DNA of 64,000 bases, taken from Gemmatimonadales bacterium. GTDB taxonomy: Bacteria; Gemmatimonadota; Gemmatimonadetes; Gemmatimonadales; Gemmatimonadaceae. Position 1 is the first letter of the stretch; each line of letters starts with the position of its first letter. The stretch covers positions 4,526-68,525 of the forward strand of contig JBBQZD010000001.1 in the NCBI GenBank assembly GCA_038208045.1, written 5' to 3'. A model generated the notes under the pieces. That model saw only the letters and a list, made by a program, of their open reading frames with translations. It had not been told where the DNA came from and ran no database searches. Below are positions 61,250-64,000 of this stretch, piece after piece. Position numbers and translations under genes: made by a program.

Positions 61250-62209
61250 TCAGAACTCGCCGACGAACCCGATCTCCGGTTCGAGCTGCTGACCGAACTG
61301 CCTGAACACGGCCTGCTGAGCGTGGGCAATCAACGCGCGCACATCGGCCGCCGTCGCGCCACCCAAGTTGACCATGATGTTGGCGTGGATGTGCGAAATA
61401 CCTGCGCCGCCGACCTGGAACCCCTTGAGACCGCACTGGTCGATGAGCCGTCCGGCGCCGACGCCCTCGATCTTCTTGAAGATCGACCCCGCGCTGGGGT
61501 GCACCTGGAGCCAGGGATGCCTCGACCCGCGCCACGACAGGTTTTCCTGCATCACCCGGTGCATCGTGCCGGGATCGCCGGGAGTCAACTGGAACGTGAC
61601 CGAAACGGCAACGTGACCTGGCTGGTGCAGCAGACTGGTGTCATAGCCGAATTGCATGCCGGCGCGGTCGACCGTACGGCGCGTCCCGCCGGCATCGAGC
61701 AGGTCCACGTCCTGCACCACCTCGGCGATGAACATCGTCCGGTCGCGATCGGGCGCAGGGGAGAGGAAGTGCAGGTTCTGCCAGACCGCGCCGCCCACGG
61801 TGCTCGGGATGCCGACGTAATGCTCGAGGCCAGTGAGGCCGTGCGCGACGGCCTGCGGGATGAGATCGGCGACGATGGTCCCCGATTCAGCCCAGAGCAC
61901 GCCGGCGTCACGGAACTCCACGTGCCGGGCCGTGTTACGAATAACGAGGCCACGGAACCCGCGGTCGCCGACGAGGATGTTGGCGCCAAGACCGAGGACG
62001 AAGTGCGGAGCGCCCAAGCGGCGGGCGGCGATGACGGCAGTAGCGAGTTCGGCGGCCGATGTGGCATCGTACAGGACGTCCGCCGGCCCGCCGATCTTGA
62101 ATGTCGTGTATGGGGCGAGCGGGACCGAAGTGCGCAGCCGGTCACGACCGAGCGCTGGGGAAAGCGCGTCGGCGAGGTCCGGCAATGAGGGCAGGCTCTT
62201 CTCTGACAT
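61250..62209 (-). CDS. murB: UDP-N-acetylenolpyruvoylglucosamine reductase
   Basis: Last 319 aa of the 61250..62620 track ORF from MSEKSLPSL...LAPYTTFKIGGPADVL...GLGANILVGD...AGSIFKK. Confidence 0.9.
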   Translation of the reverse strand: MSEKSLPSLPDLADALSPALGRDRLRTSVPLAPYTTFKIGGPADVLYDATSAAELATAVIAARRLGAPHFVLGLGANILVGDRGFRGLVIRNTARHVEFRDAGVLWAESGTIVADLIPQAVAHGLTGLEHYVGIPSTVGGAVWQNLHFLSPAPDRDRTMFIAEVVQDVDLLDAGGTRRTVDRAGMQFGYDTSLLHQPGHVAVSVTFQLTPGDPGTMHRVMQENLSWRGSRHPWLQVHPSAGSIFKKIEGVGAGRLIDQCGLKGFQVGGAGISHIHANIMVNLGGATAADVRALIAHAQQAVFRQFGQQLEPEIGFVGEF

Positions 62210-62213
62210 AATA

Positions 62214-63725
62214 ATGCGGTCACGAATCATACGACGCCTCACGCAGGCCGCCAACGGGCGCGGGTTTGCCGGCGGCACGGGAAGCAAGGGGATCTGGCTG
62301 TTCCTGGCGTTCTTGGCCGGGTTCGCGATGCCCCTGCAGGCCCAGCGTGCCGACCTCGAGAAGGTCATTCGGCAGCAGGTGCTTCCAAACGGACTCGAAG
62401 TGGTGGTGGCCGAAAACCACGGCGTGCCGCTGGTCACCCTCGAGGTGGTGGTGCGCAACGGGGCGTTCACGCAGACGCCGGAGTATGCCGGGCTGGCGCA
62501 CCTGTACGAGCACATGTTTTTCAAGGCCAACAACCGGTATCCCGCGCCCGAGCAGACCATCGAGCGCGCCTCGCAGCTGGGTGCCGTCTTCAACGCGTCA
62601 ACGCGCGAGGAGCTGGTCAACTACTACCTGACTCTTTCATCCGACTCGATTCTCGCCGGCATGGACTTCCTGGCCGCGGCGCTGCTGACGCCGAAGTTCC
62701 TGCCCGACGAGCTGTCGCGCGAACGCGAGGTGGTGATCGGCGAGTACGACCAGAACGAGTCGAGTCCATACTTTCGCTTCGACCAGGAGATGGGCAGGCG
62801 TCTGTGGGGCACGCAGTTCAGCCGCAAGAACACCATCGGCGACCGCGACGTGATCCGCGCCACGACGCCGGCAAAGATGCGGGCCATCAAGGACCTGTAT
62901 TACCTGCCGAACAACTCGCTGCTCATCGTTTCCGGCGACGTGGATCCGGAGGAGGTCTTCGCACAGGCGGCGCGTATCTTCGGTGGCTGGACGCGAGGCC
63001 CCGATCCCTTTGCCGCCGCTCCGGTGCCGCCGATGCCGCCGCTGACGAGGAACATCGGGTACATCCGCGACGAGGACGTGAACCTGGCCTCGGTGCAGAT
63101 CCAGTGGCATGGGCCGAGCGTGCGAAAGGACGAGACCGCGACGTTTGTGGCCGACGTCTTCAGCGACCTGCTCAATGCGCCCGGCTCGCGGTTCCAGCGA
63201 AAGCTGGTCGACAGCGGCCTCTGGGAGGGCGTGGTGGTGAACTACTACACGCTCAACAACGTCGGGCCCATCACCGTCAGCGGGCAGGCGAGCGCCGGCA
63301 AGCTGCGCGCCGCACTGAAAGCACTCGACACCGAACTGCGCGACGTGCTGAAGCCGGGATACTTCGGGGCCGAGGAGCTCGAGGCGGCCAAGTCGGAGCG
63401 CGCCGTTACGTCGGCCTTCGGGCTCGAGCGCAGTTCGGAGTTTGCGCACACCATCGGCTTCTGGTGGAGCGTGTCGGGCCTGGAGTACTACATGAAGTAC
63501 GTGGACGAGATGGCGCGTCAGACACCGACGCAGCTGCAGGACTACGCCCGCAAGTACATCATCGACCGGCCGCACGTCATCGGCGTGCTGCTCTCCCCCG
63601 AGGCGCACCAGGAGCTCACGCTGACCGAGGACGAACTGGCACGCTGGGGGGTGCGCGCGGAGCTCCCGGTGAAGCCGTCGGCGCCCACCGCAGGGCAGCG
63701 GCCCGCCGCGAGCGTGAAGCCATGA
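62214..63725 (+). CDS. M16 family zinc peptidase (HxxEH present), secreted
   Basis: Start MRSRIIRRL...IWLFLAFLAGFAMPLQAQ (signal); HLYEHMFFK motif. Confidence 0.85.
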   Translation: MRSRIIRRLTQAANGRGFAGGTGSKGIWLFLAFLAGFAMPLQAQRADLEKVIRQQVLPNGLEVVVAENHGVPLVTLEVVVRNGAFTQTPEYAGLAHLYEHMFFKANNRYPAPEQTIERASQLGAVFNASTREELVNYYLTLSSDSILAGMDFLAAALLTPKFLPDELSREREVVIGEYDQNESSPYFRFDQEMGRRLWGTQFSRKNTIGDRDVIRATTPAKMRAIKDLYYLPNNSLLIVSGDVDPEEVFAQAARIFGGWTRGPDPFAAAPVPPMPPLTRNIGYIRDEDVNLASVQIQWHGPSVRKDETATFVADVFSDLLNAPGSRFQRKLVDSGLWEGVVVNYYTLNNVGPITVSGQASAGKLRAALKALDTELRDVLKPGYFGAEELEAAKSERAVTSAFGLERSSEFAHTIGFWWSVSGLEYYMKYVDEMARQTPTQLQDYARKYIIDRPHVIGVLLSPEAHQELTLTEDELARWGVRAELPVKPSAPTAGQRPAASVKP

Positions 63726-64000
63726 CGAACCACGTCCGATTCCTTGCCACGCTCCTGCTGCCGATGATGCTGGGCGCACCGCGCGCCGGCGCTCAGCAGG
63801 TGAAGACCTCGCTCGTGCCGGGGCGGGTGCCGGTGCCGGCACGCTCGGCGACCGACACGACGATCACGAACAGCTACCTGGTCAACGGCGTGCGCGTGAT
63901 CCAGCGCAGCGGAGCTGCCAACCTCGTGGTCGTGAACCTCTACCTCCTGGGCGGCGTGCGCAACGCGACGCCCGAGACCGCGGGCGTGGAGCCGTTTTAC
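63722..64000 (+). CDS. M16 family peptidase partner subunit, 5' part (runs off the window)
   Basis: ATGA overlap with the upstream M16 gene. MTNHVRFLATLLLPMMLGAPRAGAQQ signal, then ...YLVNGVRVIQRSGAANLVVVNLYLLGG, typical of an M16 N-terminal domain. Confidence 0.6.
   Translation, partial: MTNHVRFLATLLLPMMLGAPRAGAQQVKTSLVPGRVPVPARSATDTTITNSYLVNGVRVIQRSGAANLVVVNLYLLGGVRNATPETAGVEPFY

Noticed and set aside
61833-62213. N-terminal 127 aa of the 630-aa plus-strand ORF, and the 5' extension of the murB ORF to 62620
   Set aside because: Each extension is antisense to or overlaps the other gene. The signal peptide (M16) and the conserved MurB N-terminus define the internal starts at 62214 and 62209.
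1-64000. Search for tRNA/rRNA/tmRNA genes, IS elements, integrases, prophage, toxin-antitoxin pairs, restriction-modification or other defence cassettes, and secondary-metabolite clusters
   Set aside because: None could be supported by reading the sequence and ORF translations. The only RNA gene recognised is rnpB. A computational scan (tRNAscan-SE, Infernal/Rfam, ISfinder, DefenseFinder/PADLOC, antiSMASH) would be needed to exclude small or divergent elements.

Overview
High-GC (roughly two-thirds G+C by eye) chromosomal segment from the replication-origin neighbourhood of a Gram-negative bacterium. The gene content (GWxTD protein, GxxExxY protein, bactofilin next to parAB) hints at Gemmatimonadota or a relative, but that is a low-confidence inference. 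The core is the classic origin cluster: rpmH-rnpA-yidD-yidC-mnmE on the minus strand, diverging from dnaA-dnaN on the plus strand. Further on lie RNase P RNA (rnpB), pyrE, polA, a BMP/nucleoside-type ABC transporter operon, a parA-parB-(membrane coiled-coil)-bactofilin operon with a perfect parS, mnmG, rsmD, a DEAD-box helicase, tag and murB. Two M16 peptidase pairs and assorted hydrolases, regulators and hypothetical secreted proteins fill the rest. I saw no prophage, IS element, CRISPR array, tRNA/rRNA gene, canonical defence system or biosynthetic cluster. The most unusual signal is non-coding. A family of ~190-200 bp nested-palindrome repeats occurs as 7 full-length and 3 partial copies in 64 kb. 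These repeats almost exactly fill the spacers between convergent genes. They have two co-varying arm variants. One half-copy sits in frame inside the G domain of mnmE, and one degenerate copy supplies the 5' end of a GxxExxY (PD-(D/E)XK) gene. Secondary observations include a ParABS-bactofilin operon with an unrecognised membrane adaptor and a NIF3 gene translationally coupled inside the ABC transporter operon. Others are phased 10-bp repeats and DnaA-box-like motifs around dnaA, a ~100 bp AT-rich island, several in-frame coding microsatellites, and a sigma-54-type promoter before an orphan pilin gene. Many long ORFs in the track are antisense or frame-shadow artefacts of the high GC content and were rejected. 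All coordinates and motif matches come from reading the sequence by hand; no database search was run.
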